A stretch of DNA of 40,202 nucleotides from an uncultured Thermodesulfatator sp. Lineage in GTDB: Bacteria; Desulfobacterota; Thermodesulfobacteria; Thermodesulfobacteriales; Thermodesulfobacteriaceae. The notes under the pieces were generated by a model. It did no database searches. It saw only the letters and a list, made by a program, of their open reading frames with translations, and was not told the origin of the DNA. The stretch is taken from assembly GCA_964636875.1 (NCBI GenBank), contig CAZWTB010000100.1, positions 1-40,202 of the forward strand. The letters are read 5' to 3'. Of the stretch, positions 28,102-38,312 are shown one piece after another (positions within the stretch are counted from its first letter, which is position 1; every line of letters begins with the position of its first letter). A program made the translations under genes and the position numbers.

Positions 28102-28554
28102 ATGGTTAGAAAAGCCAGAATTTCTGACATAAAATATATCTACAAATTGATTCTTCACTTTTCCAGAAGAGGAGATGTTTTATTCAGACCGCTTATAGAA
28201 CTTTATGAACATGTAAGAGATTTTTTTGTTTATGAAGAGAAAGATCTTATAGTGGGAGCGTGTTCTCTACATATATGCTGGGAGGATCTTGCAGAAATAA
28301 AGTCTCTTGTAGTAAGTGAAGAATATCAAAATAAAGGAATTGGGAAAAAACTTGTGAGTGCCTGTATAGAGGAGGCAAAAGAACTTGAAATACCAAGGGT
28401 TTTTGCTTTAACAAGAGTCCCTGAGTTTTTTGAAAAAATGGGATTCAGAATTATTTCAAAAAGTGAACTACCCCATAAAGTATGGGCGGATTGTATAAGA
28501 TGCAGTAAGTTTCCTGATTGTGACGAAGTTCCGGTTTGTAAAGAACTTCTTTAA
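28102..28554 (+). CDS. argA: Short GNAT N-acetyltransferase, probable N-acetylglutamate synthase
   Basis: LYEHVRDF, WEDLAEIKSL, QNKGIG, FALT, LPHKVWADCIRC..FPDCDE. Confidence 0.82.
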   Translation: MVRKARISDIKYIYKLILHFSRRGDVLFRPLIELYEHVRDFFVYEEKDLIVGACSLHICWEDLAEIKSLVVSEEYQNKGIGKKLVSACIEEAKELEIPRVFALTRVPEFFEKMGFRIISKSELPHKVWADCIRCSKFPDCDEVPVCKELL

Positions 28555-28940
28555 TTCATTTCAAGAACATGCTTTTCTGGAACAACGCAAAAAAATTCTC
28601 CTTTAAAAACCAGCTCTTCTCCTTTTTTTACTTCAACCTCTACCTTCTTTTTTTTACCTTTGCTTTCCACAAGTCTTCCCTCTGCTTCTATCTCGTCGCC
28701 CAGAACAACCGGCTTTAAAAACTTTACATTTGCTCCTGCAAGAACAACTGTAGGCTCGTTTACAGTTAACATTGCACAGTAGTCTGCAAGACCAAAAATA
28801 AAACCTCCGTGAACAAGTCCTTTTTCATCTGCAATCATTCTTTCATCAACTTTTAACCTTACAACTGCTCTTCCCTCTTCAACTAATACTGGTATGCCAC
28901 ACAGACTTTTATCTATTTTTTTGTGAGTTTTTATTTCCAT
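28551..28940 (-). CDS. PaaI/hotdog-fold thioesterase
   Basis: GLVHGGFIFGLADY, VKFLKPV. Confidence 0.9.
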   Translation of the reverse strand: MEIKTHKKIDKSLCGIPVLVEEGRAVVRLKVDERMIADEKGLVHGGFIFGLADYCAMLTVNEPTVVLAGANVKFLKPVVLGDEIEAEGRLVESKGKKKKVEVEVKKGEELVFKGEFFCVVPEKHVLEMN

Positions 28941-28949
28941 TTTTTCCTC

Positions 28950-30161
28950 CTAATATCCTCTTGCTTCCAATATAAGCTCTTTCATTTCTCTTACTGCTTC
29001 TTTCATTCCCACGAATATTGCTCTTGCAACTATACTATGTCCTATACTGAATTCTTCTATTTCAGGGATAGCTGCAACAGGACCTATGTTTGTATAATTA
29101 AGTCCGTGTCCTGCATGAACTATAAGTCCGAGATCCTTGGCTATTCTTGCAGAAACTTCAATCCTTCCGAGTTCTTTTTCTTTTTCTTCTTCTGTTTTTG
29201 CTTCTGCATAAATACCAGTGTGTAGTTCCACAATTTGAGCCCCTGTTTTTTTTGCCAGTTTTACCACCTTTTCATCCGGATTAATAAAAAGACTTACTTT
29301 TATTCCTGCTTCATTAAGTTCTCTTACCACTTTTTTTATTTTGCTTACCCTGCCCTCAAGTTCCATTCCCCCTTCTGTTGTTACCTCTTCAACTCTTTCA
29401 GGAACAAGAGTTACCTGATAGGGTTTTACTTCTTTTGCAAACTTAATAAGTTCCTCATCTATTGCCATTTCAAGAATTAATTTTGTTTTTATAATTTCCT
29501 TTATAATCCGCACATCCCTTTCTTTTATGTGTCTTCTATCAAGTCTGAGATGCACCACGATACCATCTGCCCCTCCCAGTTCTGCAAGAACTGCTGCATG
29601 CACAGGATCCGGATAAATTTCTTTTCTTGCTTCCCTTACAGTTGCTACATGATCTACATTTACTGCAAGTTTCCCGGGCATATATTCCCTCCTTTTTAAA
29701 AAGTTTAAAACTTCTTTTTTTCCTTCTTTATACCCAAAATTTTCAAGAAGCTGTAATTCTTTTTTTAACATCAACCATGGTGAAAAGACACCTCTCTCGT
29801 GTTCATATCCCAGAAGATGAAGGGTTCCGTGAAATACAAGAGAAAGAAGATAATTTTTAAAAGGAAGTCCGTAAATACGGGATTCTTCCTGTGCTCTTTC
29901 AACTGATATAACCACATCTCCGAGTATTTTTTCTGAGACACTCTGTCCCTCCCTCATGGAAAAAGCCATTACATTTGTTGGATAATCCCTCCCAAGATAA
30001 ATTTTGTTTAATTCCTTTATAAGTGCGTCTTCAGTAAAGGTCAGGGAAACCTCTTTGCCTTCAACTTTTAAAAACTTTAAAGCTTTTTTCAATCTATTTT
30101 CTATCTCCTTTACAAGCTTTCCTTCAAGGATGTCAGGTGGAATCAGTGTGGTTAGTATCAT
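28950..30161 (-). CDS. ybeY-pdxJ: Fusion: rRNA maturation RNase YbeY (aa 1-160) plus pyridoxine 5'-phosphate synthase PdxJ (aa 161-403)
   Basis: YbeY: [35 protein letters not shown] (Hx3Hx5H). PdxJ: [48 protein letters not shown]. No intervening stop. Confidence 0.95.
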   Translation of the reverse strand: MILTTLIPPDILEGKLVKEIENRLKKALKFLKVEGKEVSLTFTEDALIKELNKIYLGRDYPTNVMAFSMREGQSVSEKILGDVVISVERAQEESRIYGLPFKNYLLSLVFHGTLHLLGYEHERGVFSPWLMLKKELQLLENFGYKEGKKEVLNFLKRREYMPGKLAVNVDHVATVREARKEIYPDPVHAAVLAELGGADGIVVHLRLDRRHIKERDVRIIKEIIKTKLILEMAIDEELIKFAKEVKPYQVTLVPERVEEVTTEGGMELEGRVSKIKKVVRELNEAGIKVSLFINPDEKVVKLAKKTGAQIVELHTGIYAEAKTEEEKEKELGRIEVSARIAKDLGLIVHAGHGLNYTNIGPVAAIPEIEEFSIGHSIVARAIFVGMKEAVREMKELILEARGY

Positions 30162-30163
30162 TT

Positions 30164-30934
30164 TTATTTATTTAAAATTTTTTTTGTAAAAATTAAGTAA
30201 CCCGTGTGTGCAACCATTCTATCTTCTGGTCTGAGTCTTTCAGGATTAGGTTTATACCTTCTGAGCAAAATTTCCAGAACTTCGGTATGGATAAAAGGTA
30301 ATTTTTCTATTTCTTTGAGGCAATTAACAACCTGATTTGTGGTAGGAACAAGGATACCCATTGGTGCTCCTGGATTTAAAGCTTTCCAGGCAGGCTCTAA
30401 GATTTTCCACGGCTCTTTAAGATCAAGAAAAAGTGCATCCACTCCCTCTTCTTCAAAGCCATCTTTTACTTCTTTAAGCTTAAAAATTACTCTATCACTA
30501 AGTCCTGCCTTTGCAACATTTTTTCTGGCAACTTCCTGAAATTTTTCTTCTTTTTCATAAGAAAATACCTTACCTTTGTCTCCTACAAAATAAGCTAAAG
30601 CAACAGTTAAAGCCCCGGATCCTCCCCCACATTCAATAACCCTTTTACCAGGTCCTATCCCCAATTTTACAATTATATAACCTATGTCTTTTGGATAAAT
30701 AATCTGAGTAACTCTTTCAACTTTTTTAAGTAGTTCGTAAAGTCCGGGTTTTAAAATATAAAACTTTTCTTTGCCTTTTTTCCCGGTTATACTTTCTCCA
30801 TAATTTTTTTGACAAAGATCTTTTAAATTAAGATAATCCTTATGGGTGTGAAAAAGTATATCTTTTACTTCAACCAGATAGCTTCTTCCTTCTGAAGTCA
30901 GAAGGAGAACTAATTCTCCTTCTTTTACAGGCAT
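30164..30934 (-). CDS. trmI: tRNA (adenine-N1)-methyltransferase
   Basis: [39 protein letters not shown]. Confidence 0.93.
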   Translation of the reverse strand: MPVKEGELVLLLTSEGRSYLVEVKDILFHTHKDYLNLKDLCQKNYGESITGKKGKEKFYILKPGLYELLKKVERVTQIIYPKDIGYIIVKLGIGPGKRVIECGGGSGALTVALAYFVGDKGKVFSYEKEEKFQEVARKNVAKAGLSDRVIFKLKEVKDGFEEEGVDALFLDLKEPWKILEPAWKALNPGAPMGILVPTTNQVVNCLKEIEKLPFIHTEVLEILLRRYKPNPERLRPEDRMVAHTGYLIFTKKILNK

Positions 30935-30938
30935 TTTT

Positions 30939-32339
30939 TCAGGCTTTTAAAAAAGCTTTAAAAGCTTTATAAGTCATATAGAGATCTGTTTTATGCACAA
31001 TTTCAAAAGGTGAGTGCATGGAAAGCACAGGAGGACCAACATCCACCACATCCATTCCATAAGAAGCAAAAAATTTAGCAACTGTTCCACCTCCTCCTTC
31101 ATCAACTTTTCCCATGGAAACAACCTGATAAAACACTTTGTTCTTTTCCCAGAGATTTAAAAGCCATGCAATAAATTCTGCGTGAGCCTCATTGGCTGAA
31201 TATTTTCCACCATAGCCAGTATATTTTGAAACAGCAACTCCATAACCCATTCTGGCATCATTAAGTTTGTCGTGAACCTCTGCATAAATCGGATCTATTC
31301 CTGCTGTCACATCTGCTGAAAGTGCTTTTGTATTTTCCATAACCCTGAAAAATATATCAGGTGCAGGCTCATGTCCGTTGTTTTTAATAATTTCGTATAT
31401 TACAGCTTCAAGGATTCTACTTTTTGCAGATGCATTCCCTTCAGAACCAATTTCTTCTCTATCCATAAAAATAACAAGATTGGTATAAAGAGGATTTTCC
31501 ACCTCTATAAAAGCTTTAAAAGATGTAAAGGCACAGACTCTATCATCCTGTCCATATCCTCCAATGAATGCAGAATCAAGTCCAACCTCTCTTGCCTTTC
31601 CTGCGGGGACAAAGCACAGCTCTGCAGAAACAAAGTCTTCTTCTTTTATTCCGTATTTTTCATTAAGAATCTGTAAAATCCTGAGTTTTACCCTTTTTGA
31701 AACTTCTTTCTTTTCCTTGGAATCCCTTTCAAGAGGAAGTCCTCCTGCAAGAGCATTTAATCTTTCTCCTGTTATAGCTTCAGAAAGTTTTTTATCAGCC
31801 TGGATTTTCCTTGCAAGATGAGGAAGAAGATCACATATAGTAAAAACTGGCTCATCTTCAGTTTCACCTATTACCACCTTTACAATTTCTCCGTTTTTCT
31901 TTGCCACTATTCCGTGCAGGGAAAGAGGTCTGGCAACCCAGTGATACTTTTTTATGCCTCCGTAATAATGAGTCTTTAAAAATACCATGTCTTCTTCTTC
32001 AAAAACAGGATGAAGTTTAAGATCAAGTCTCGGAGTATCTATGTGGCTCACAACTATTCTCAATCCCTCAAGAATCGATTTCTTACCCGTGTTCCAGACT
32101 GCAAGAAATTTGTTTTTATAAGCAAAAAAACCTTTTTTTACACCCCTTTCTTCAAATCCTCTATGTTTTAACTCATCCACAAAATATTCTACGCTTTCCC
32201 TTTCTGTTTTTATAGAAGAAAGAAACTTTATATATTCTGCAGAAAACTTTTGAAGCTCTGATTTTTCTTTTTTATTTAATTTGTCCCATACATGCTCTGA
32301 TTTATAAACGAGTTTTTTTTCAATTTCTGCAAGTTTCAT
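30939..32339 (-). CDS. M18-family aminopeptidase
   Basis: SHIDTPRLDLK, THYYGGIKKY, GQDDR, DREEIGS, GGGGTVA, SMHSP. Confidence 0.95.
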   Translation of the reverse strand: MKLAEIEKKLVYKSEHVWDKLNKKEKSELQKFSAEYIKFLSSIKTERESVEYFVDELKHRGFEERGVKKGFFAYKNKFLAVWNTGKKSILEGLRIVVSHIDTPRLDLKLHPVFEEEDMVFLKTHYYGGIKKYHWVARPLSLHGIVAKKNGEIVKVVIGETEDEPVFTICDLLPHLARKIQADKKLSEAITGERLNALAGGLPLERDSKEKKEVSKRVKLRILQILNEKYGIKEEDFVSAELCFVPAGKAREVGLDSAFIGGYGQDDRVCAFTSFKAFIEVENPLYTNLVIFMDREEIGSEGNASAKSRILEAVIYEIIKNNGHEPAPDIFFRVMENTKALSADVTAGIDPIYAEVHDKLNDARMGYGVAVSKYTGYGGKYSANEAHAEFIAWLLNLWEKNKVFYQVVSMGKVDEGGGGTVAKFFASYGMDVVDVGPPVLSMHSPFEIVHKTDLYMTYKAFKAFLKA

Positions 32340-32470
32340 CCCAAACTCCTCCTCTTATAAATTTCTACTCTAATTCTACTTTCTTATTAAGTTTTCGCAA
32401 GGTTTAATATCTGTTTTTAAAATAAAAAACCGTTGTAAAGTCGAAACTTAAGATTAAATTTACAGACAGA

Positions 32471-33802
32471 ATGAGAAAAACGAGTATTGTTTTTTTTGAA
32501 ACGCACTTAAACAGGTATAGTATTAATGCCCTTCTGGGAGCTCTTGAAACCGAAAAATTACTGGATAAAATTTTTGTTTCAATCCTGAATTTAAATCAAA
32601 TTGAGGAAAAAAGAAATTTTTTAAAAGACATAATTGCGGACTCAGAGATAAGTATTTTTGCTTTTTCGTATTTTACCACTCAGGTATGGGAAGTAGAAGA
32701 GAAATTGCAGGTTTTAAAAAATCTTTTTAAAAACATAAGAAGTAAAGAAATTTTTTTTATTGCAGGAGGACCTCATCCCACAGGAGATCCTGTAACCACT
32801 CTTTTAAAAGGATTTGATTTCGTATTCATCGGAGAAGCAGAAACAACTTTTACGAAGTTTGTAAAAAAACTGCTTTCTGGAGAAGATTTTCGGAAAATAA
32901 AAGGACTTGCCTATTTAAAAGAAAACACATTTGTATTTACAGGCAAACCTGATCCTGTTTCACTGAACAAATTTCTTCCTTTTTCTCTGAAAATGAGAAG
33001 AATAAGCCCCATAGAGATTACAAGAGGATGCCCTTTCGGATGCTTTTTCTGTCAGACTTCAAGGCTTTTTGGAAAAAACATAAGACATAGAAGTCAGGAT
33101 ACAATTTTAAATATAGTAAAATCTCTTCTTGAAAAAGGACTAAAAGACATGAGATTTATTTCACCAAATGCATTTTCTTATGGATCAGATGATGGAAGGA
33201 CTTTGAATTTACAGGCTTTAAAAGAATTTCTTAAAAATTTACACGAGCTTGTCAAATTTTATTGTGGCAGGATTTTTTTTGGATCTTTTCCTTCAGAAGT
33301 CAGACCAGAACATGTTACAGAAGAAACCGTGGGTCTTATTAAAAATTTTGCAGACAATAATAATCTGGTAATAGGAGCTCAATCAGGAAGTCAGAAAATT
33401 CTTGATCTCTGCAGAAGAGGACACACTGTAGAGGATGTTTTTAAAGCAGTAAAATTGTGTAAAAAAGCTGGATTGATTCCAAAGGTGGATTTTATATTTG
33501 GACTCCCTGGAGAAGAAGAAAAAGATATAAAAGAAACCATAAAAGTTATGGAGCACCTTGCAAAAATGGGAGCAATAATACATGCTCATACCTTTATGCC
33601 CCTCCCCCAAACTCCTTTTGCCAGTAAAAAACCCGGTAAAATACATCCAGAAGTTCTAAAACTCATTAATCGCTTGCTTGGTAAAGGCTTTGTTTTTGGA
33701 GACTGGAAAAAGCAGGAAATTCTGGCAGAAAAAATGCATCAATACCTTAAAAATAGTATAAAATTGAGATCTGTTTTAAATAAAAATTTTTATAAAAATT
33801 AA
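32471..33802 (+). CDS. B12-binding domain/radical SAM protein (TIGR04013-like)
   Basis: GGPHPTG and GEAE B12-domain motifs; EITRGCPFGCFFCQT (CxxxCxxC); FGSFPSEVRPE; HTFMPLPQTP. Confidence 0.9.
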   Translation: MRKTSIVFFETHLNRYSINALLGALETEKLLDKIFVSILNLNQIEEKRNFLKDIIADSEISIFAFSYFTTQVWEVEEKLQVLKNLFKNIRSKEIFFIAGGPHPTGDPVTTLLKGFDFVFIGEAETTFTKFVKKLLSGEDFRKIKGLAYLKENTFVFTGKPDPVSLNKFLPFSLKMRRISPIEITRGCPFGCFFCQTSRLFGKNIRHRSQDTILNIVKSLLEKGLKDMRFISPNAFSYGSDDGRTLNLQALKEFLKNLHELVKFYCGRIFFGSFPSEVRPEHVTEETVGLIKNFADNNNLVIGAQSGSQKILDLCRRGHTVEDVFKAVKLCKKAGLIPKVDFIFGLPGEEEKDIKETIKVMEHLAKMGAIIHAHTFMPLPQTPFASKKPGKIHPEVLKLINRLLGKGFVFGDWKKQEILAEKMHQYLKNSIKLRSVLNKNFYKN

Positions 33803-33887
33803 ATTTCAAAACATTTAACTTTAAAACTTTTACAATCCAGGATCACTTTTAAAAAAAATATTACAAATTTTCAGCGATTACACCTTG

Positions 33888-33901
33888 TTTTTTTTTTTTT
33901 T
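33888..33901 (+). repeat. T14 homopolymer tract
   Basis: 14 consecutive T in the intergenic region upstream of the EAL gene; the longest homopolymer I noticed in the window. Confidence 0.95.
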
Positions 33902-33967
33902 GAGTAATATTTTATATTAAAATACAGTTTTTCTTCGTTTTTCTTTTATTTTTATAAATTTTGTAAA

Positions 33968-35194
33968 ATGCTTGAAGAAAGTAAGAAGGTTTTAGAAATA
34001 CTGGATGTGGAGGAAATCATTATTCACTTTCAACCAATTGTTCTTATTAAAGAAGCCAAGGTAATAGGTTTCGAAGCACTTTCCCGGGGAAAGAAAAATG
34101 GAAAAATTATTTCTCCGAGATACCTTTTTAATAAAGCGCAAAAACTGGGAATAAAAAGAGAACTTGACAGGCTTTGTATAAGCCAGGCATTTAAAGAATT
34201 TAAGAAAATTTATCAGAAAAATCCAGAAGCTATTCTTTTTTTAAATTTTGATTGTTCGGAAATGGATATCAAACCCAGAGATGCAAAATGTATTACTGAA
34301 TTTGCAAATCAATGGAATATCCCTTATGAAAATGTGGTTATAGAAATAGCAGAAACAGAGGTCAAAAATTTTAAAAATCTTATAGAGGTGGTTAATACTT
34401 ACAAGGATTTAGGATTTTTAATAGCTCTTGATGATGTAGGGATAGAACATTCCAATCTTAACAGGATTCCTGAACTGAAACCAGATATTTTAAAGATTGA
34501 TCATTCTTTGATAAGAGATCTTTATAAAGAATACCATAGATATCAGGTGGTAAAAGCTATTGTTTACCTTGGGAGGGAAATAGGGAGTTTAACTCTTGCA
34601 GAGGGGGTGGAAAAAGAAGAAGAGGTTTTTGAGACCACAAGACTGGGGATTGACTTTCATCAGGGATTTTACTTTGCCAGACCCTCAAGATTTAACACAG
34701 AAATTTTCCCTTTTTTGGAAAAACTTCTTAACAATCTGATAACTCAGATTCATCCAGAACTTATTAAGGTTTTAAAGCATAAAAAATTAAAGATAGGAGA
34801 ATGGAGAAAGTTTGTTTTTCAAATAGTTAAAGATTTAAGGAAAACAGATTCCACGAGGTTTAAAGAAGTGTTGAAAGAGTGGATATTAAGGAATGAACAC
34901 CTTGAGTGTCTTTATGTGGTGGATTTAAACGGTTTTTTAATAACCGGGAAAATTTTTTCTCCTGATTTTGTTCCCAGAAAATCGCCTCTGTTTAAACCAA
35001 CTTTTATAAATCAGAATCTTATGCTTCAGGAATTTATTTATCCTCTTGTAAGTGAACTTTTTGTTTCTTACATTACTGAACCTTATATTTCTCTGGCAAC
35101 AGGGAATACCATAATAACTCTTTCTCAAATTTTTAAGAATTTTTCAGGGAATAAATATATTCTTTGTGCGGATTTTAAAACAGACCTCCTTTAA
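33968..35194 (+). CDS. EAL-domain c-di-GMP phosphodiesterase with C-terminal PAS/Cache-like sensor (YkuI-like architecture)
   Basis: FQPIV, FEALSR, LFLN, IEIAE, ALDDVG, LKID, AEGVE, QGFYFARP; C-terminal ITEPYISLATG...ILCADF. Confidence 0.92.
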   Translation: MLEESKKVLEILDVEEIIIHFQPIVLIKEAKVIGFEALSRGKKNGKIISPRYLFNKAQKLGIKRELDRLCISQAFKEFKKIYQKNPEAILFLNFDCSEMDIKPRDAKCITEFANQWNIPYENVVIEIAETEVKNFKNLIEVVNTYKDLGFLIALDDVGIEHSNLNRIPELKPDILKIDHSLIRDLYKEYHRYQVVKAIVYLGREIGSLTLAEGVEKEEEVFETTRLGIDFHQGFYFARPSRFNTEIFPFLEKLLNNLITQIHPELIKVLKHKKLKIGEWRKFVFQIVKDLRKTDSTRFKEVLKEWILRNEHLECLYVVDLNGFLITGKIFSPDFVPRKSPLFKPTFINQNLMLQEFIYPLVSELFVSYITEPYISLATGNTIITLSQIFKNFSGNKYILCADFKTDLL

Positions 35195-35221
35195 AAAAAT
35201 TTACAAAAAGGAGGTGGTGCC

Positions 35222-36796
35222 ATGATAGATGTTAAAAACTGGAGTTTAAGTAAATACATGAAGGTTATGGTAGGAATTGCGCTGTTTTTTCTTTTGGTAA
35301 TAGGAATCAGTGGATTTTATTTTATATTTCAGCAAAGCAGGGTTATAAATATGTTAATTGGTTTAAACCTTCCGATAACTTCAGAGGCAAACGAGCTAAC
35401 CAGTTTATTGAATAAACAGAAAACATACTTAGGAATTACAGAGAAACGAGACGAAAAGAGATTTAGAGAAAGTGCTGAGAAATTTAGAGAAAATTTAAAA
35501 AAGATAGCCTTACACATAAAAACCTTTCCTGGATATACTTCCATTCAGGAGAAAAAAATTAAGGAACTTAATACAATACTTGAGGATATAAAAAGAAATT
35601 ATCAGGATTATCTTTCTCTGGTTAAAGATTACTGGAATACTGGAGAAAGCAGGTATAAAACACTAATTAATAAAAAAGTAAAAGAACTTGAAGAAAAAGT
35701 GCATGAATTTTGCAGTGTTTTAAAAGGGCTGAACCAGATAATGCAGGATGAGGGAAATTCCCGGGCAAAAAGGAGTTTCTGGGGTAATTTAATAGTTTTA
35801 ATAATAGGAATTTTTCTTTGTCTGGCTTTAGGGTATGTAATAGTAACGAATGTTTGCGGAAAGGTAAGGGAAATAGTAAACAGGATGGAAACTTTAACCA
35901 CTGGAGAACCAGACCTAACCAAGAGGATAAAAGTTACAGGAGACACTGAAATTGATCAGGCTGCAAAACTTACCAATACTTTTATAGCAAACATGCAAAA
36001 GCTCGTCCGGGATCTTAAGGATAGTGTGGAAAAGATTTTAAAGGAAACAGAATCTCTGACAGAAGTTTTTAAGGACTCTTTAACAGCTGCAGAAAAGGGA
36101 ATGAGTCAGAGTGAAAAACTTTCTGAATTTTTAAACACCTTACAGGACGAAATATCCTTTATGGCATCAGCCATGGAAGAAATGAGTGCCACCATAGGTG
36201 ACATAGCCCAGAATACCACTGCAACGAGTGACAAAGCCAAAGAGGCAGATCTTCAGGCGGAAAAAATGGCACAGGTTGTAGAAGATTTAAAGGAATTTAC
36301 AAGAGCGATTCAGGAAATGAGCAACATCATAGGGGATATAGCGGATCAGACCAATCTTCTTGCTTTAAATGCAAGCATTGAAGCAGCAAGAGCAGGAGCT
36401 CATGGTAAAGGATTTGCAGTGGTTGCAAACGAAATTAAAGAACTTTCCTCAAAAACTTCCCAGTTTGTTGATAAAATTAATTCCACCATTAAAGATCTTC
36501 TCAAGAAAATAGAAGAAGTTTATGAAGCAGGGATAAAAACCAGGGAGGCTGTAAATGAAATTTCCCAGATGGCTCAGAATGTTGCCGCTGCCATAGAAGA
36601 ACAGAGTTCTGTGGTAAATCAGCTCAGTTCCAATATAGTAAATCTTAATAAAAGAAGCGAAGTTCTGGTTGAAGCTTCAGAAGAAATGAAGACATACAGT
36701 AAAAACATCCTTGACAAGGCAAAAGCACTTAATGTAGATAAACTTAAAGAAATTTCCGAACACCTAAAAGAATTATTATACAAATTTAAAGTTTAA
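35222..36796 (+). CDS. Methyl-accepting chemotaxis protein
   Basis: Two TM helices flanking a helical periplasmic sensor, HAMP (DLTKRI...EI), [28 protein letters not shown]. Confidence 0.96.
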   Translation: MIDVKNWSLSKYMKVMVGIALFFLLVIGISGFYFIFQQSRVINMLIGLNLPITSEANELTSLLNKQKTYLGITEKRDEKRFRESAEKFRENLKKIALHIKTFPGYTSIQEKKIKELNTILEDIKRNYQDYLSLVKDYWNTGESRYKTLINKKVKELEEKVHEFCSVLKGLNQIMQDEGNSRAKRSFWGNLIVLIIGIFLCLALGYVIVTNVCGKVREIVNRMETLTTGEPDLTKRIKVTGDTEIDQAAKLTNTFIANMQKLVRDLKDSVEKILKETESLTEVFKDSLTAAEKGMSQSEKLSEFLNTLQDEISFMASAMEEMSATIGDIAQNTTATSDKAKEADLQAEKMAQVVEDLKEFTRAIQEMSNIIGDIADQTNLLALNASIEAARAGAHGKGFAVVANEIKELSSKTSQFVDKINSTIKDLLKKIEEVYEAGIKTREAVNEISQMAQNVAAAIEEQSSVVNQLSSNIVNLNKRSEVLVEASEEMKTYSKNILDKAKALNVDKLKEISEHLKELLYKFKV

Positions 36797-36869
36797 AAAT
36801 AAAAAACATTAAAGGAAGTAATTCTTTGATAAAAAAGACCAAGTTTTTAAAATGATTTGCAGAAATTTT

Positions 36870-36897
36870 TTGACAATTTAAAGATTTATGGTATAAT
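36870..36897 (+). promoter_or_regulatory. Consensus sigma70 promoter for the rplS operon
   Basis: TTGACA-16 nt-TATAAT with extended -10 (TGGTATAAT). Confidence 0.88.
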
Positions 36898-36934
36898 CCG
36901 TTGTGCAAATTTTTATAGAAAGGGAGGGTGTTTT

Positions 36935-37300
36935 ATGTTTCCTGTAATAAGAGAAATTGAAAGTAAATACATGAGAAAGGATCTGCCCAGATTTAACCCT
37001 GGAGATACTATAAGGGTCTATTTCAGACTTAAAGAAGGAGAAGAAAAAGAAAGAATTCAGGTTTTTGAGGGGGTGGTTATAAGAAGAAGGGGCTCGGGAA
37101 GTAATGCTACCTTTACTGTTAGAAAGGTTTCTTTTGGAGTGGGGGTAGAAAGAGTTTTCCCCATGCATTCTCCGAGAATCGAAAAAATAGAAATAGTAAA
37201 AAGAGGAAGAGTAAGGAGAGCAAGACTTTATTATCTTAGAGAACGTTATGGTAAAGCTGCTCGTATAAAAGAGCGCTTTAATGATAAGATTATGGAATAA
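36935..37300 (+). CDS. rplS: 50S ribosomal protein L19
   Basis: [42 protein letters not shown]. Start at ATG 36935 after GGGAGG, not the track's 36857. Confidence 0.98.
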   Translation: MFPVIREIESKYMRKDLPRFNPGDTIRVYFRLKEGEEKERIQVFEGVVIRRRGSGSNATFTVRKVSFGVGVERVFPMHSPRIEKIEIVKRGRVRRARLYYLRERYGKAARIKERFNDKIME

Positions 37301-37303
37301 AGT

Positions 37304-37930
37304 TTGAAAAACTTAGAGGAATTTTTAAGATCTCAGGGATATACTCTTATTGCAGGAGTTGATGAAGCAGGTAGGGGGGCAATAGCAGGTCCTGTTTTTG
37401 CTTCTGCAGTTATTTTCCCCCCTGATTTTTTCTCCAGAAAAGTTTCTCAGAAACTTAAAGATTCCAAAGAACTTTCTCCAGAAAAAAGAGAAAAGCTCTT
37501 TGAAGTTATCTGTAAAAGTGCTCTGTGTTATGCCATTGCGTATATCGATGTAAAAGATATTAATCAAATTGGAATTTTCAAAGCAACTTACAGAGCCATG
37601 TATATGGCTTTAATGAATTTGAAAGTAAAACCAGAGCTGGTTCTTGTTGATGGACCATACCCTATTCCAGAATATAAAGGACTTCAAAAAACAGTAATTG
37701 ATGGGGACAAATTGTGCCCAACCATTTCTGCAGCATCAATCCTTGCCAAAGTATCCAGGGATAGATATATGAAAAAACTCGATAAAGAATATCCTGCTTA
37801 TGGATTTGCTAAACACAAAGGCTATGCGACTGTTGAACACAAAAATGCTCTTAAAAAATTTGGAATAAGTCCGTGTCATAGAAGTTACTATCCTTCTCTA
37901 AAAAATTTAAAGATTTTTAAAAATGTTTAA
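37304..37930 (+). CDS. rnhB: Ribonuclease HII
   Basis: GVDEAGRG, DSK, VDG, ISAASILAKV, KHKGY. Confidence 0.97.
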   Translation: MKNLEEFLRSQGYTLIAGVDEAGRGAIAGPVFASAVIFPPDFFSRKVSQKLKDSKELSPEKREKLFEVICKSALCYAIAYIDVKDINQIGIFKATYRAMYMALMNLKVKPELVLVDGPYPIPEYKGLQKTVIDGDKLCPTISAASILAKVSRDRYMKKLDKEYPAYGFAKHKGYATVEHKNALKKFGISPCHRSYYPSLKNLKIFKNV

Positions 37931-38312
37931 GAAACTTCTTCAGAAAATTTCCACAAGAGAAAAAGGAAAACAGGCAGAAGATATAGCAGAAAGTTTTCTT
38001 CTTTCAAAAGGATACAGTATTTTGTGTAGAAATTTTAGATGTAAACTTGGAGAAATAGATATAATTGCAAGAAAAGGAAAAACCTTGATTTTTGTGGAGG
38101 TGAAGAGCAATTTTTCCCGGGAAGATTTTGTTCCTGAAGAAAAAGTAGATAAAAAAAAGAAAGAAAAAATTTTTAAAACAGCAGAGGTTTATCTTCTTAA
38201 AAATTCTAAAATTTTAAGTAAAATAAAAGAAATACGAATGGATGTAATAGTGGTAAAAGTTCCGGAGGTGGAGGTTAAACATTATGAAGGAGCTTTCTTC
38301 AGAGAAGAATAA
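37923..38312 (+). CDS. yraN: YraN family (UPF0102) endonuclease-like protein
   Basis: GxxAE, RNFR..GEIDII, LIFVEVK; conserved rplS-rnhB-yraN order. Confidence 0.93.
   Translation: MFKKLLQKISTREKGKQAEDIAESFLLSKGYSILCRNFRCKLGEIDIIARKGKTLIFVEVKSNFSREDFVPEEKVDKKKKEKIFKTAEVYLLKNSKILSKIKEIRMDVIVVKVPEVEVKHYEGAFFREE

Noticed and set aside
36857-36934. N-terminal extension of L19 in the ORF track
   Set aside because: It spans the promoter; the real start is ATG 36935 after GGGAGG.
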